Positions 1-9,832 of a stretch of 64,000 nucleotides of DNA are shown here, piece after piece (the stretch's first letter is position 1; each line of letters begins with the position of its first letter). The stretch is from Planctomycetota bacterium (GTDB lineage Bacteria > Planctomycetota > JAJSAM01). Where the stretch lies: the NCBI GenBank assembly GCA_024274785.1, contig JAJSAM010000026.1, forward strand, positions 47,048 to 111,047, read 5' to 3'. The notes beneath the pieces are model-generated. The model was not told the DNA's origin. It did no database searches and saw only the letters and a list, made by a program, of their open reading frames with translations. The position numbers and the translations under genes were made by a program.

Positions 1-3000
1 CTTCGCCCCGATGGTGTCGAGGTTCACGACGCGCTCGACCAGCGTTCGGTCCACGGTCGTGGCGACCAGTTGGCTGCCGCGCAGCCCCCATTCCTCGGCG
101 CCGAAGAGATAGATCCGGACGGGGCGACCGAGCAGATCGCTTCGATCCGAGAGCAGGCGCGCGGCCTCGAGGAGCGCCGCCACTCCGGAGGCGTTGTCAT
201 CGGCCCCGGCATGCCCTTCGCCGAGGCCGTCGAAGTGCGCCGAGAGCAGCGGACCGGCGCCATCGACCCGGCCGCGGCGATCGGGAATGACTCCGGCCAG
301 GTTGGCCGTCTCGATCACCCTGGTGTCGAATCGCACCCGCAGCAGCACGTCGGCGGAGCCTTCGCCACCCGGCGGCAGAATGTCGGTGTTCAGGAAAACA
401 ACCGGAGTCGATCCGATCGATGCAAAGGGTGGGATCGCCCGGGCCTGGACGCCGGCGGCGGCGCGCCAGGGAGTTTTCGAGTCGGTGAGCCGGCTGGGAT
501 AGGCGACCAGGTCCCCGAGTCTCCGGTCCTTTCCCTCGAGGACCGACATGGGGATGGCCACGGCGGCGGGCCCGGAAGCCGCCGCGGTCGCGACCAGCAT
601 CATCAGCCCGTCCGCATTGGTCTCCGGCGGGAGCACCACGAGGGTCTCGCCATCAACTGCCTTACCGTACGTCACGATCTTCAGGATGCGAACGCCGTCC
701 GGCTTTTCGGGAGACCAGATCGCCGGCACCACCGCGCCCGGGAAGGATGTCTCCCACTTTGTGGCGCCGTCGGCAAGCGTCCCCTGCGACACGGTCCAGG
801 CGTCTTCGTCGGTGTGATCGCGGACGGTGAACGAGAAAGGCTCTTCGCGGACCTCGCGGACCCCGGAGGCCTTCAGGCGGTCGAGCAGGAGTTTCCTGGT
901 CCTGACATCGCCGGTCGACCCGGAGAGGCGGCCACCCAGTTCCGGGTCGGTCAGCGTGCGGAGGGTGTTCTTCACGTTTTCGAGCGATGCCGGCAGCGCA
1001 AGCGAACGCATCGTCCCCGGATGGACTTCGGTGAAATCCCCACGCGCCAGAGGCCGGCCACCGCCGTAGACGACGTATCCGTCCCAGCCGAAGTGGAAGA
1101 TCAACCGGGCCCGGGCGAGGGCGGCCTCGGAGACGCCGAGGAACACCGTCACGAACTTCGTCTGATCTTTAGGGTGCCGCGTGGAAAGCAGGAGCCAGAG
1201 GTCGTCCCCCTCGTACTTCTTCCCCTTCACCTTGATGGAGTTGCCCTCGACCTCGACCCCCGCCGCGGCGAGCACCTCGGCCACCACCGGGTTTTCCGCG
1301 GGAGTGCCGAACAGAACGCTGTGCCCCTTCGGCAAGCCGTCCGACGCCTTTCTCATCTCGCCGCCCTTGCGCCCCTTCGCCGACATGGCCAGGCCGAGGT
1401 ACGCCTGGCCCTCATCCGGGAGAACGTACGTCTTGTCCCGGCACTCGAGCGTCAGGTTCAGGCAGGGCTGGATTTCCGAAAGGGGCACGTTCCTGAACAG
1501 GTGGAACCGTTTGTCCACAGAAACCGAGAGCGGCATCGATGGGGTGACGATGGTGAAACTCGCCCGGTCGGTTTCCAGGCGGATCGACTTCACGGTTTCG
1601 CCGGAAGTGTGCTCGACGGAGACCGGCACGGCGAGTTTCCACGGCTTCCCGGTTTGCAGGATCTCGCCCTTCACCTCGAACAGACCGTCGTCGCGGCGGG
1701 TTGCCGTGAAGTCGCCCACGAAGAGCTGAGGCGCACCGGTGCGCGTCAGCCACTGGTCGAAGAACCAGGACAGGTCCTGCCCCGCGGCTTTCGAGAAGGC
1801 CGCCTGAAAGTCCTGCCACGACGCTTTCTTCCCGCCGAAGTCGGAGACGATGCCGCGAAGCGTCTTCCAGAAGACATCCGTGCCCACCTCCCGGCGAAGC
1901 ATGTGGAAGATCATCATCACCTTGCTGTAGCCGATGTCGTTGTCGAAGTCCTCGGTCTTGCCCCGGAATTCGCGGACCGGGTAGTCGTTCTCCGGCGTGA
2001 CCCGGATACCGAAGTTCGTTGTCGCCTTCTGCCGGTGGGCCGTCGCGGCCTTCACGCTCTGCCGCTCCTTCATCAGGTAGTTCGAGCAGTAGGTGGTCAG
2101 GCCCTCGCACCAGTTTCCGGTTTCGTAATCCGGGTAGACGTAGTTGCCCCAGTAGCAGTGGACGAGCTCGTGATCGACGAAGCCCGGAGGCAGGTTTCCG
2201 CCGTAACGAGGCGCCATGCGGACCATGACCTCGACGACGTTCGCGCCGAGTAGCGTGTAGCTCGGCATCCCGTAGCCGGTCGTGAAGAAGTTCTCCACGA
2301 TGTCGAACTTCGGCCAGGGATAGGGTCCGAGGATTTCGTTGTAGAACCGGATGTACTTTCCGACCTGCTCCAGCAGGAACGGGGCGTGTTTCGCATGGTC
2401 CGCGAACAGGTAGGTGGAAATCGATACGCCTTCCACCTCGCGCGTCGCGACCTCGTACTTTCCGGCCTGCAACGCCAGACCGTCCACCGGGATGTTACTC
2501 TCCCAGACGGTGATTTCGCGGCCGTCTTCGACCCTCCGGGAAACCAGGCCTCCCTGGGTCACTGCCCGGAAATCCTCCGGGACGTTGACGGTGATCTTCG
2601 AGAAGGTCTGCACCCGGTCCGTGATCGTCGGGTACCAGCCCGAGGAGGCGACGAGGAAGATCCCCTCGGTTCCGATCACCCCGCGCGTGTTGTCGCCGAC
2701 GATGAATCCGAGCGCGCCGGACTTCTTTACGGCGTCATAGATGGTCCCCTCGTAGCGGACCCGGATGCGGGGCGTCGCTTCTCCCTTCGGCAACTCCGTG
2801 GTCGCTCTGCGCCAGGGCCCGTCCACCTCACGCTGCTCGAGGGGCAGGGGCACGGACCTTGCCCCGAGAAGCTCGATCGAGGTGATCCGGATGTCCCCGG
2901 AGGTGTCGAGGGAGAGCTTCCGGGAATCGGTCACTTCGAGGGTGAGCACCGCTTCACCGAAGATCCGGTGCTTTGCCGGCTCGAAGCGGACCTCGAGTTC

Positions 3001-3087
3001 CTGGGCGACGATTTCCGGGCTCCCGGCCACGGCCGTGGATGCGAGGAGCGGAAGCAATGCGAGCGACAACGCGAACGATCTGGTCAT
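1..3087 (-). CDS. Secreted multidomain zinc metallopeptidase. N-terminal M1-aminopeptidase-like domain fused to a C-terminal PA/M28 aminopeptidase domain. The C-terminus runs off the window start.
   Basis: Hand translation of the minus strand from 3087 downward gives an MTRSFALSLALLPLLASTAVA signal peptide. An HELVHCYWGNY zinc motif (HExxH) follows, and a C-terminal HFDGLGEGHAGADDNASGVAALLEAARLL block is typical of M28 peptidases. The minus frame stays open from 3087 to position 1. The plus-strand ORF 70..2253 in the track is an Arg/Gly-rich antisense shadow. Confidence 0.7.
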   Translation of the reverse strand, partial: MTRSFALSLALLPLLASTAVAGSPEIVAQELEVRFEPAKHRIFGEAVLTLEVTDSRKLSLDTSGDIRITSIELLGARSVPLPLEQREVDGPWRRATTELPKGEATPRIRVRYEGTIYDAVKKSGALGFIVGDNTRGVIGTEGIFLVASSGWYPTITDRVQTFSKITVNVPEDFRAVTQGGLVSRRVEDGREITVWESNIPVDGLALQAGKYEVATREVEGVSISTYLFADHAKHAPFLLEQVGKYIRFYNEILGPYPWPKFDIVENFFTTGYGMPSYTLLGANVVEVMVRMAPRYGGNLPPGFVDHELVHCYWGNYVYPDYETGNWCEGLTTYCSNYLMKERQSVKAATAHRQKATTNFGIRVTPENDYPVREFRGKTEDFDNDIGYSKVMMIFHMLRREVGTDVFWKTLRGIVSDFGGKKASWQDFQAAFSKAAGQDLSWFFDQWLTRTGAPQLFVGDFTATRRDDGLFEVKGEILQTGKPWKLAVPVSVEHTSGETVKSIRLETDRASFTIVTPSMPLSVSVDKRFHLFRNVPLSEIQPCLNLTLECRDKTYVLPDEGQAYLGLAMSAKGRKGGEMRKASDGLPKGHSVLFGTPAENPVVAEVLAAAGVEVEGNSIKVKGKKYEGDDLWLLLSTRHPKDQTKFVTVFLGVSEAALARARLIFHFGWDGYVVYGGGRPLARGDFTEVHPGTMRSLALPASLENVKNTLRTLTDPELGGRLSGSTGDVRTRKLLLDRLKASGVREVREEPFSFTVRDHTDEDAWTVSQGTLADGATKWETSFPGAVVPAIWSPEKPDGVRILKIVTYGKAVDGETLVVLPPETNADGLMMLVATAAASGPAAVAIPMSVLEGKDRRLGDLVAYPSRLTDSKTPWRAAAGVQARAIPPFASIGSTPVVFLNTDILPPGGEGSADVLLRVRFDTRVIETANLAGVIPDRRGRVDGAGPLLSAHFDGLGEGHAGADDNASGVAALLEAARLLSDRSDLLGRPVRIYLFGAEEWGLRGSQLVATTVDRTLVERVVNLDTIGAK

Positions 3088-3314
3088 GAAGAGCCTCCGA
3101 ATGGACCCGGGAATTGTACAAGGGACGGGTCAGATTGCGATTTCGGGATGGTCTGGGATTATCGGGGGATTTTCTGAACCGATTCTCAACTTCGCGGCAC
3201 GTAACCCGATGAGAACGATGAGCACCAACCAACCTGTCGCCGGCCCATCGTCGTCGAGGAAGGACTGACGAATCGCTCGACCCCGGCCGGCAGCTTTCGA
3301 CCGTCGGCCCGGGA

Positions 3315-4010
3315 ATGCTATCATCCGTCATGGTCTCGAAAACCACGCTTCTCCGGTCCCTGTCCCTGCTCCTGCCTCTCCTTCTCCCGATCCCCGCCTG
3401 CTCCGATGGCGGCGGCAATGCCAACAACTTCGTCTTCTACAAGGCGCCGATCCGGATGGTGGACGGCCGTGGCTGTTCCCGGACCCTGATGGTGACCGGC
3501 GCCGGGGCCAACCTCTGCGTCGAACAGAACTCGCGGGGCGCACTCCGGGTTCTGCTGGCGGAGGTCGGCGTCGAGGAGATCCGGGCGCTCATGACCGACG
3601 TCTGGAACTCACGAAGGGTCCGGAAGAAGGCCGCCGGCGGCGATCCCGGCTCTGGTGTCTACCAGGTCTCGGCCCGCATCGACCGCGAGGAGTTCTCGTT
3701 CCGGAGGTACGTCGATGAACCGGTCTCGAAAGAGGTCGTCGCCGTGCGAAATCGCCTGGACGGGATCCTCGGAAAGCTGGCCGAGGTGGAGGATCCGGTG
3801 GCGGCGGTCGCGCCGTATCTGTCGAGCAGGATCGCGCGCATCCGCGGGTTCGCGGTGAATGTGCTGCTCTCCGCCTGGCGCAGTCCGATGGTGAGCGAGG
3901 ACGATCGAAATCGGGCCGAAGCTCTTCTTCTCACCCACCAGTCCGTGGAGAGCAACCACGAGATCAAGAAGACGCTGCACCAGGCGCTGAAGAAACCGAC
4001 GCCGCGATAA
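3315..4010 (+). CDS. Hypothetical secreted protein or putative lipoprotein.
   Basis: Good GC3 codon bias. The N-terminus is hydrophobic (LLRSLSLLLPLLLPIPACSDGGG), with a Cys after the hydrophobic stretch. An alternative in-frame ATG lies at 3330. No recognisable catalytic motif. Confidence 0.5.
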   Translation: MLSSVMVSKTTLLRSLSLLLPLLLPIPACSDGGGNANNFVFYKAPIRMVDGRGCSRTLMVTGAGANLCVEQNSRGALRVLLAEVGVEEIRALMTDVWNSRRVRKKAAGGDPGSGVYQVSARIDREEFSFRRYVDEPVSKEVVAVRNRLDGILGKLAEVEDPVAAVAPYLSSRIARIRGFAVNVLLSAWRSPMVSEDDRNRAEALLLTHQSVESNHEIKKTLHQALKKPTPR

Positions 4011-4155
4011 GTCCGATCCCTCGTCTCTGTCTGATATGTAGTGTTCTTTCCGGCCGCCGTTCGGCCGTTCGATCGGCGTCTCGTGAAATCCGTCGGCCGG
4101 CGGCGTAGGATGTGGCCTTAGTTTTCCGGATGGACTGGATCACCCCGAGGTTGAG

Positions 4156-5961
4156 ATGAGCAAGCGTGACACCAGATATGTCTGCCTGAGGATCGCTGGT
4201 GAGGGGGGCGAGGGCGTGATCAGCGCCGGTGAACTGCTCACGCAGGTCGCCGCCCGTCTCGGCATGCACGTGGCGACCTTCAAGACCTTCCCCTCGGAGA
4301 TCCGGGGGGGCATGGCGGTTTACCAGCTTCGCACCGGCCCGGACCGCGTGCTCTCCCAGGGGGACTACCTCGACATCCTGGTCGCCTTCAATCGCGAGGG
4401 CTACGATCGCAACATTGCGGATATGACCTCGGAGGGCGTGCTGGTGCACGACTTCGAACCGGGGGACAACCTTCCGGTGAAGCGGCGTGGCGGCGTGGAC
4501 TACCACGTGCCCATGGGGAAGCTCGCGAGAGAAGCCGGCTCCCACCGCGCGAAGAACATGGTGGCTCTCGGCGCGATCTGTGAGCTCTTCGGTTTTCCGG
4601 TGGAGGGGCTGACCGAAGGAGTTCGCCTGAAGTTCGGGAAGAAGAGCGAGAAGGTCGTCGAGGTCAACCTGAAGGCCATCGATCTCGGTGCGGAATATGT
4701 TCGTGAGAACCACGAGATCCGCCACGAACTGCACTTCAGTGAAGGTGACGGGCATGCGCGGGTCGTGCTCTCCGGGAACGATGCGGTTGCCTTTGGAGCG
4801 GTGGCCGCCGGCTGCCGGTTCTATGCCGGATACCCGATTACCCCGGCCACCGAGATCATGGAATACCTCGCCCGCGAGCTGCCCCGGGTAAGCGGGAGGA
4901 TGGTGCAGGCGGAAGATGAGATCGCCTCGATCGCCATGTGCATCGGAGCTTCCTTTACCGGGCAGAAGTCGATGACCGCCACCTCCGGTCCCGGTCTCGC
5001 CCTGATGAGCGAGGCCCTCGGCCTGGCGTCCATGGCGGAGGTGGGCCTGGTCCTGGTTGACGTGCAGCGCGCCGGTCCCTCCACCGGGATGCCGACCAAG
5101 GCGGAGCAGGGCGATCTGAACCTCGCCATCTACGGCGCCCATTCCACGGCGCACCGGGTGGTCATCGCGCCGGTGGACGTCGAGGACTGCTTCTATCAGA
5201 CGGTGAACGCATTCAACATCGCGGCCAAGTACCAGATTCCGGTGATCGTGTTGTCGGAACAGTCGCTCGGCTTCTCCAAGGCATCGATGCCGCGGCCGGA
5301 CTTTGAAAACCTCGATGTCTTCGAAGAGCAGTACGCCCGCATGCCGACCGATGGGGATCCCTGGCCGAAAGTGGACGAGCTCACGGTGGGTGAAGGCTAT
5401 CCCATGACCCCGGTCTTTCCCCGCTACCTCCGAAACGACACGGGCATTTCCCCGCGTTCGATTCCAGGCATGCCGGGGATGGAGTTTCGGGCGACCGGTC
5501 TGGAACACGACGAGTTCGCCCGGCCCCGCTACGACCCCCCGAACCGAAAGGCCATGCTGAACAAGCGCCAGGCCAAGTTCGAGGAAGTCCGGCGGGAGTA
5601 CGGCGAGCAGGTGGAGGTCATCGGTGATGACGAGGCCGAGGTGGCCATCACCGGGTGGGGTACCACCGCGGCGGTGATCCGGCACGCGGTGACCCGCGCC
5701 CTGAACGATGGCGCTTCGGTCAAGGCCATCTTCCCGAAGATCCTGAGTCCGATGCCGGACATGGCGATGCGCCATCACCTGCACGGTGTCAAGCGCGTGA
5801 TCTGCTGCGAACTGAACGACACCGGTCAGTACGCCAACATCATCCGCCACCGCTACGGCGCCAACGTCCATGCCGTCCTGAAGGACCGCGGCGTTCCGTT
5901 CGCGCCCGGAGAGATCACCCCCTATATCGAGATGGCCATCAAGGCCCAGGTGAGAATATGA
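4156..5961 (+). CDS. korA: 2-oxoacid:ferredoxin oxidoreductase, fused gamma-alpha subunit (KorA-like).
   Basis: A 601-aa protein carrying the conserved alpha-subunit motif AGYPITPATEI and a gamma-like N-terminal domain. The layout matches two-subunit KorAB-type OFORs. An ATGA overlap with the downstream beta subunit indicates translational coupling. Confidence 0.85.
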   Translation: MSKRDTRYVCLRIAGEGGEGVISAGELLTQVAARLGMHVATFKTFPSEIRGGMAVYQLRTGPDRVLSQGDYLDILVAFNREGYDRNIADMTSEGVLVHDFEPGDNLPVKRRGGVDYHVPMGKLAREAGSHRAKNMVALGAICELFGFPVEGLTEGVRLKFGKKSEKVVEVNLKAIDLGAEYVRENHEIRHELHFSEGDGHARVVLSGNDAVAFGAVAAGCRFYAGYPITPATEIMEYLARELPRVSGRMVQAEDEIASIAMCIGASFTGQKSMTATSGPGLALMSEALGLASMAEVGLVLVDVQRAGPSTGMPTKAEQGDLNLAIYGAHSTAHRVVIAPVDVEDCFYQTVNAFNIAAKYQIPVIVLSEQSLGFSKASMPRPDFENLDVFEEQYARMPTDGDPWPKVDELTVGEGYPMTPVFPRYLRNDTGISPRSIPGMPGMEFRATGLEHDEFARPRYDPPNRKAMLNKRQAKFEEVRREYGEQVEVIGDDEAEVAITGWGTTAAVIRHAVTRALNDGASVKAIFPKILSPMPDMAMRHHLHGVKRVICCELNDTGQYANIIRHRYGANVHAVLKDRGVPFAPGEITPYIEMAIKAQVRI

Positions 5962-6893
5962 GCACGTCGGCGGAAGCATCGGCGCCCCGGAACAATGAGC
6001 CCCGGAACAATGAACCCCGGGAGGATGAACCCCGGGAGGCCGGGCCGCCGAAGGAGAGGAAGGGGCACCGCAGCGACCTGAAGCCGGTCTGGTGTCCGGG
6101 ATGTGGTGACTACGGAGTGATCGCCGGTCTGGGCCAGGCGATTGATGTCCTCGGCTACGAGAGCCACCGCATCGTCTTCGTCTCCGGAATCTGCTGTTCC
6201 AGCCGGTTGCCTTACTTCTTCAATACCTACGGCTTCCACACCATCCACGGCCGCGCCGCATCGGTGGCGCTGGGTGTAAAGATGGGGAATCCGGACATGC
6301 GGGTGATTCTGGTGGGGGGAGATGGCGACTTTTTCTCCATCGGCACGAACCACTTCATCCACACCGCGAGGCGAAATCTCGATGTCCTTGCCATCTGCAT
6401 GGACAACAGCATTTACGGATTGACCAAGGGCCAGCTCAGTCCGACTTCCGGCACTGATTTCGTTACCGGCTCGAGCCCCTACGGCTCCGTGGAGCCCCCG
6501 CTCAATTCGCTGGCGCTCGCCATCACCGCTGGAGCGACTTTTGTCGCCCAGTCCTACTCCGCGAACATCAAGCACCTGAAGCAGACCCTGATCGAGGCGG
6601 AACGCCACCCGGGATTCAGCTTCGTGAACGTGATTTCGCCGTGTCTCACGTTCAACAAGGCGAAGTCGTTCGCCTACTACAAGAAGCGGGTCTCCGTAAC
6701 GGAGGAGGAGGCCCGGACGGATCGAGCCGAAGCCCTGTCCATCGTCATGAGTCGTGACGAGCAGTCGGTTCTGGGAACGTTTCTTCAGATTCACCAGCCG
6801 ACCTTCGACGCCGCACAGGCTTCGATGGCGAAAGCCGCCGCCGAGGATCGCGGCGTTCCGTCGATGGAAGAGCTGATCGAGTCGTTCGCGTGA
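5958..6893 (+). CDS. korB: 2-oxoacid:ferredoxin oxidoreductase beta subunit (thiamine-diphosphate binding).
   Basis: The start overlaps the korA stop. The sequence has WCPGCGDYG and GGDGD TPP-binding motifs. The N-terminus contains a short proline/asparagine/glutamate repeat (NNEPRNNEPREDEPRE). Confidence 0.85.
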   Translation: MSTSAEASAPRNNEPRNNEPREDEPREAGPPKERKGHRSDLKPVWCPGCGDYGVIAGLGQAIDVLGYESHRIVFVSGICCSSRLPYFFNTYGFHTIHGRAASVALGVKMGNPDMRVILVGGDGDFFSIGTNHFIHTARRNLDVLAICMDNSIYGLTKGQLSPTSGTDFVTGSSPYGSVEPPLNSLALAITAGATFVAQSYSANIKHLKQTLIEAERHPGFSFVNVISPCLTFNKAKSFAYYKKRVSVTEEEARTDRAEALSIVMSRDEQSVLGTFLQIHQPTFDAAQASMAKAAAEDRGVPSMEELIESFA

Positions 6894-7090
6894 TAGTCCA
6901 GGGGCCGGCACTCCGGACACCTGGATAGCCTTCGATCGCCGAGCCCGGACGCCCTCCCTGACCCTTCCGGCGAGTCGCGCTCCGACGATCGGCGCGCCCT
7001 TCGCGCCGGGCGCACCGTCCCTGTCCCGGAGTTGCATCTCGTACCGTCAGGCCCGCTTGAGGCGCGGCTTCGCCCTCGGCCCGGCTGCGC

Positions 7091-7972
7091 TCAACCGCGC
7101 CGCGCACCCTGGTGGGAAAAGCGGGCCAGGGCGGAGAGTCTGGATTTCCAGGCGTGCGGCTTTGCATCGAGCGCGGCAAGCCGGTTCACGTAGCGCGGAG
7201 CCTCACGCACCTGTTCGAGATAGTCTCCGATCACCGTGCCCTCGATGGCCGACCAGCGCAGCATGAACCGGTCCGCCAGGTCGTTCCGCGAGATGGGCTC
7301 GTTCAGGAATTGCTGGATGCCCCGTGGCCTCGGATCGGCGACCAGGCTGCCCACGAGGTCCAGGCGCAGCCCGACCACTTTCGCGTCTTTCACGCGGGCA
7401 CAGGTGCTCTCCGCCGCGAATTCCACGGCGCCGAGGAAGCGTTTGTAGAACGCCACGTGGCGGGGGTGCACGCCGAGCACCAGGTCCGTCTGGCCGGCGT
7501 AGATGCCGTAGAAGTAGATCCAGCGCATCAGGGAGAACTTCGTCTCCATGCACCGGCTCTTTCCGGTGCGGCCGTCCGCCAGCAGGCCGACCTCCATCAG
7601 GTTCCGGCCGGCTGCGCGGAGTTCGTTCATTTCCGTTGCGAATACATCGTCGAGCGGAAGTCCCTCACCGATGTCGGGATAGCCGCTGATGGTGGCGATG
7701 CCGATGTCCCCGGCGTCGTCCTCGAGCGCTTCGGCCGGGGGCTCCGTCATGACGACGAGCGTGGCCGGGCTCACCGCCTGGGGGACGAGGTGGATGCGGT
7801 GGGGGTTTTCGTCCACGAGGCCGTTTTTCAGGTAGCACTGGTGGACGGTTCGCCAGGCCAGAATGACCTCTTCCAGGCTCTTCGCCGGCCGGTAGGTGGT
7901 ACTGGATGAGTGTGTTCTGCTCTCGGATCTCCTGAGGAGTGGCCGGAGCCGGTTACCCTGCTTGACTGCCAT
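7091..7972 (-). CDS. Putative GNAT-like N-acyltransferase. It resembles FeeM-type N-acyl amino acid synthases and PEP-CTERM/exosortase-associated acyltransferases.
   Basis: An ORF of about 294 aa from ATG at 7972 (MAVKQGNRLRPLL), preceded by a GGGAGG Shine-Dalgarno. Codon bias is good. The family assignment rests only on overall size and layout and on a PEP-CTERM protein elsewhere in the window. It is not based on a hard motif. Confidence 0.4.
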   Translation of the reverse strand: MAVKQGNRLRPLLRRSESRTHSSSTTYRPAKSLEEVILAWRTVHQCYLKNGLVDENPHRIHLVPQAVSPATLVVMTEPPAEALEDDAGDIGIATISGYPDIGEGLPLDDVFATEMNELRAAGRNLMEVGLLADGRTGKSRCMETKFSLMRWIYFYGIYAGQTDLVLGVHPRHVAFYKRFLGAVEFAAESTCARVKDAKVVGLRLDLVGSLVADPRPRGIQQFLNEPISRNDLADRFMLRWSAIEGTVIGDYLEQVREAPRYVNRLAALDAKPHAWKSRLSALARFSHQGARRG

Positions 7973-8254
7973 GGTTGCCCTCCCATTGGCTGTGGTACGG
8001 AACTCTGTCAGTAAAGGTGCGACACCCGATCTGCCCTTCGAGTCGTTCCGGAGTCTGCCCACCACCTCAAAAGGAGCACGGAGAGAGGATTGGGGGATGA
8101 GGTCGCCCTGGAGTGGACAATCGAGGAGGGAACCCACATCGAATTCCGCGGGTGCGGGTGAGACTCGCTGCCGCGGATCGACATCGCAGGGGGGAAGGGC
8201 GCGTCACAACCTGGTGAACGGCCTTCCGTGTCGATCGCGGTCTTGCCTCCTCAG

Positions 8255-8296
8255 GGAACATCGAAGAGCAGGAACATCGAAGCGCAGGAACTCAAG
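8255..8296 (+). promoter_or_regulatory. Tandem 16-bp direct repeats (GGAACATCGAAG-N4, two full copies plus a degenerate third) in the long divergent intergenic region.
   Basis: GGAACATCGAAGAGCA, then GGAACATCGAAGCGCA, then GGAACTCAAG. They lie between the acyltransferase start (7972, minus) and the ThiF-like start (8836, plus). Confidence 0.35.
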
Positions 8297-8835
8297 TGGC
8301 ACATCGCGCCATCCGTGTGCCCCTCGAGGTTCGCCATCGGATGACTATACCCGATCCACCGAGGTGGGGGCCACCAGGCGCCGAAAACCCGCGGCTCCGG
8401 CGATCTTGCGGCGGGTCGGAGATCGGAACAAACCCTGACGGGCACACATTTTCGAGCGGACGCTCGATCGTGATATTCCTGCAAGTCGGGTAGGATTCCC
8501 CCTGGGTACTCCCGTGCTCGGGGTGCCTCTCGCGGTACCAGGCCAGGTTCGGAGGCGCCGTCCGCGGGGGGGCCGGATTCCCCCCGAAGAAGGTCTCAAG
8601 CAGACCGGCCGATATTCCGATAAGCCCATGCTCAGGAACTTGTTCTGTGCGCGTCGGCCTCTCACTTGATCGTCCGATTTCATCTGTGGAGGGGGTCGAA
8701 GATCGCGAGCCGGGCGGCTGGCCGGACCAGTCGGGCCAGGCGATCGACACGACCTTAAGCTTCGTGAAGCTCGATCACCCGGATACACTGCGGACTGCGA
8801 AGCGCTCTCGCCTCACCGAGGCGGGATCCTCGTCC

Positions 8836-9732
8836 ATGGTGGGGGCGACACCGCTGGAATTCGATCGAGACGAGGCATTCTCCCGGAACATCGGCTGGAT
8901 CACCCGGGAGGAGCACCGGACACTTGCCGAAAAAACCGTAGCCATTGCCGGCATGGGTGGTGTGGGCGGAGTGCACCTCACGAACCTGGTCCGCATGGGC
9001 ATCGGTTCCTTCCGCATCGCCGACTTCGATCGCTTTGAACTGGCCAACATGAATCGCCAGGCCGGCGCCTCGATGAGCAACCTCGGTCGAGAGAAGGTCG
9101 AGGTGATGAAAGAGATCGCCCTCGACCTCAACCCCGAACTGGATGTCCGGACTTTCAGCGAAGGCGTGACGCGATCCAATGTCGAGGAGTTTCTCGAAGA
9201 CGTGGATGTTTACGTCGACGGGATCGACTTCTTCGCGCTCGATGCGCGGCGACTTCTGTTCGCCGTCTGTGCGGAGAGGGGCATTCCGGCCGTGACCGCC
9301 GCTCCCCTTGGCATGGGGGCCAGCCTGATGACGTTCCTCCCGGGCAAGATGACGTTTGAACAGTACTTTCGCCTGAAGGGCAAGCCCCGGGTCGAGCAGC
9401 TCATTCGATTCCTGGTGGGCCTCACCCCCGCGCACCTGCATTCCTCCTACCTCGTGGATCCCGATGCGGTCAGTTTCGAAGAGGAGAGGGGGCCGTCGAC
9501 ACCCATGGCGGTGTCCATGTGCGCCGGCATGGCGGTGACGGAAGCCCTGAAGATCATGCTCGGACGCGGCAAGGTCCACGCCGCGCCCCACGGCCTGCAC
9601 TTCGACGCCTACCGGAACAAGTTCGTGCACACCTGGCGACCCGGTGGCAATGCCAACCCGTGGCATCGCCTCATGCTGGCGTTGGCGCTCCGGAAATTCT
9701 CGAGAGACGGCGTCGTCACTCCGGACTCCTGA
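8836..9732 (+). CDS. ThiF/MoeB/HesA-family E1-like adenylyltransferase.
   Basis: Carries the canonical ThiF-family Rossmann motif VAIAGMGGVGGVHLTNLVRMGIGSFRIADFDRFELANMNRQ. The length is about 300 aa. No rhodanese or JAB domain is fused. Confidence 0.75.
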   Translation: MVGATPLEFDRDEAFSRNIGWITREEHRTLAEKTVAIAGMGGVGGVHLTNLVRMGIGSFRIADFDRFELANMNRQAGASMSNLGREKVEVMKEIALDLNPELDVRTFSEGVTRSNVEEFLEDVDVYVDGIDFFALDARRLLFAVCAERGIPAVTAAPLGMGASLMTFLPGKMTFEQYFRLKGKPRVEQLIRFLVGLTPAHLHSSYLVDPDAVSFEEERGPSTPMAVSMCAGMAVTEALKIMLGRGKVHAAPHGLHFDAYRNKFVHTWRPGGNANPWHRLMLALALRKFSRDGVVTPDS

Positions 9733-9832
9733 TCTCCCGAAGATGGCCCGGTGGCCGGGCACGGACCAAAACGAGGATTCCCGGCGTTTTCCGGTAGATT
9801 CCCGCGTCCCCCGGAATCCCTGGAGTTTTCAC

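Noticed and set aside
70-2253. A 727-aa plus-strand ORF.
   Set aside because: It is Arg/Gly/Pro-rich with no motifs. It is the antisense shadow of the minus-strand M1/M28 peptidase, which has a signal peptide, HExxH and M28 motifs.
3964-5979. A 671-aa minus-strand ORF overlapping korA.
   Set aside because: Shadow ORF typical of high-GC DNA. The plus strand encodes a clear OFOR alpha subunit.
8296-8493. Small ORFs in the 860-bp divergent intergenic region, considered as candidate ThiS/MoaD-like carriers.
   Set aside because: None ends in Gly-Gly and codon bias is poor. No beta-grasp-like pattern is recognisable.
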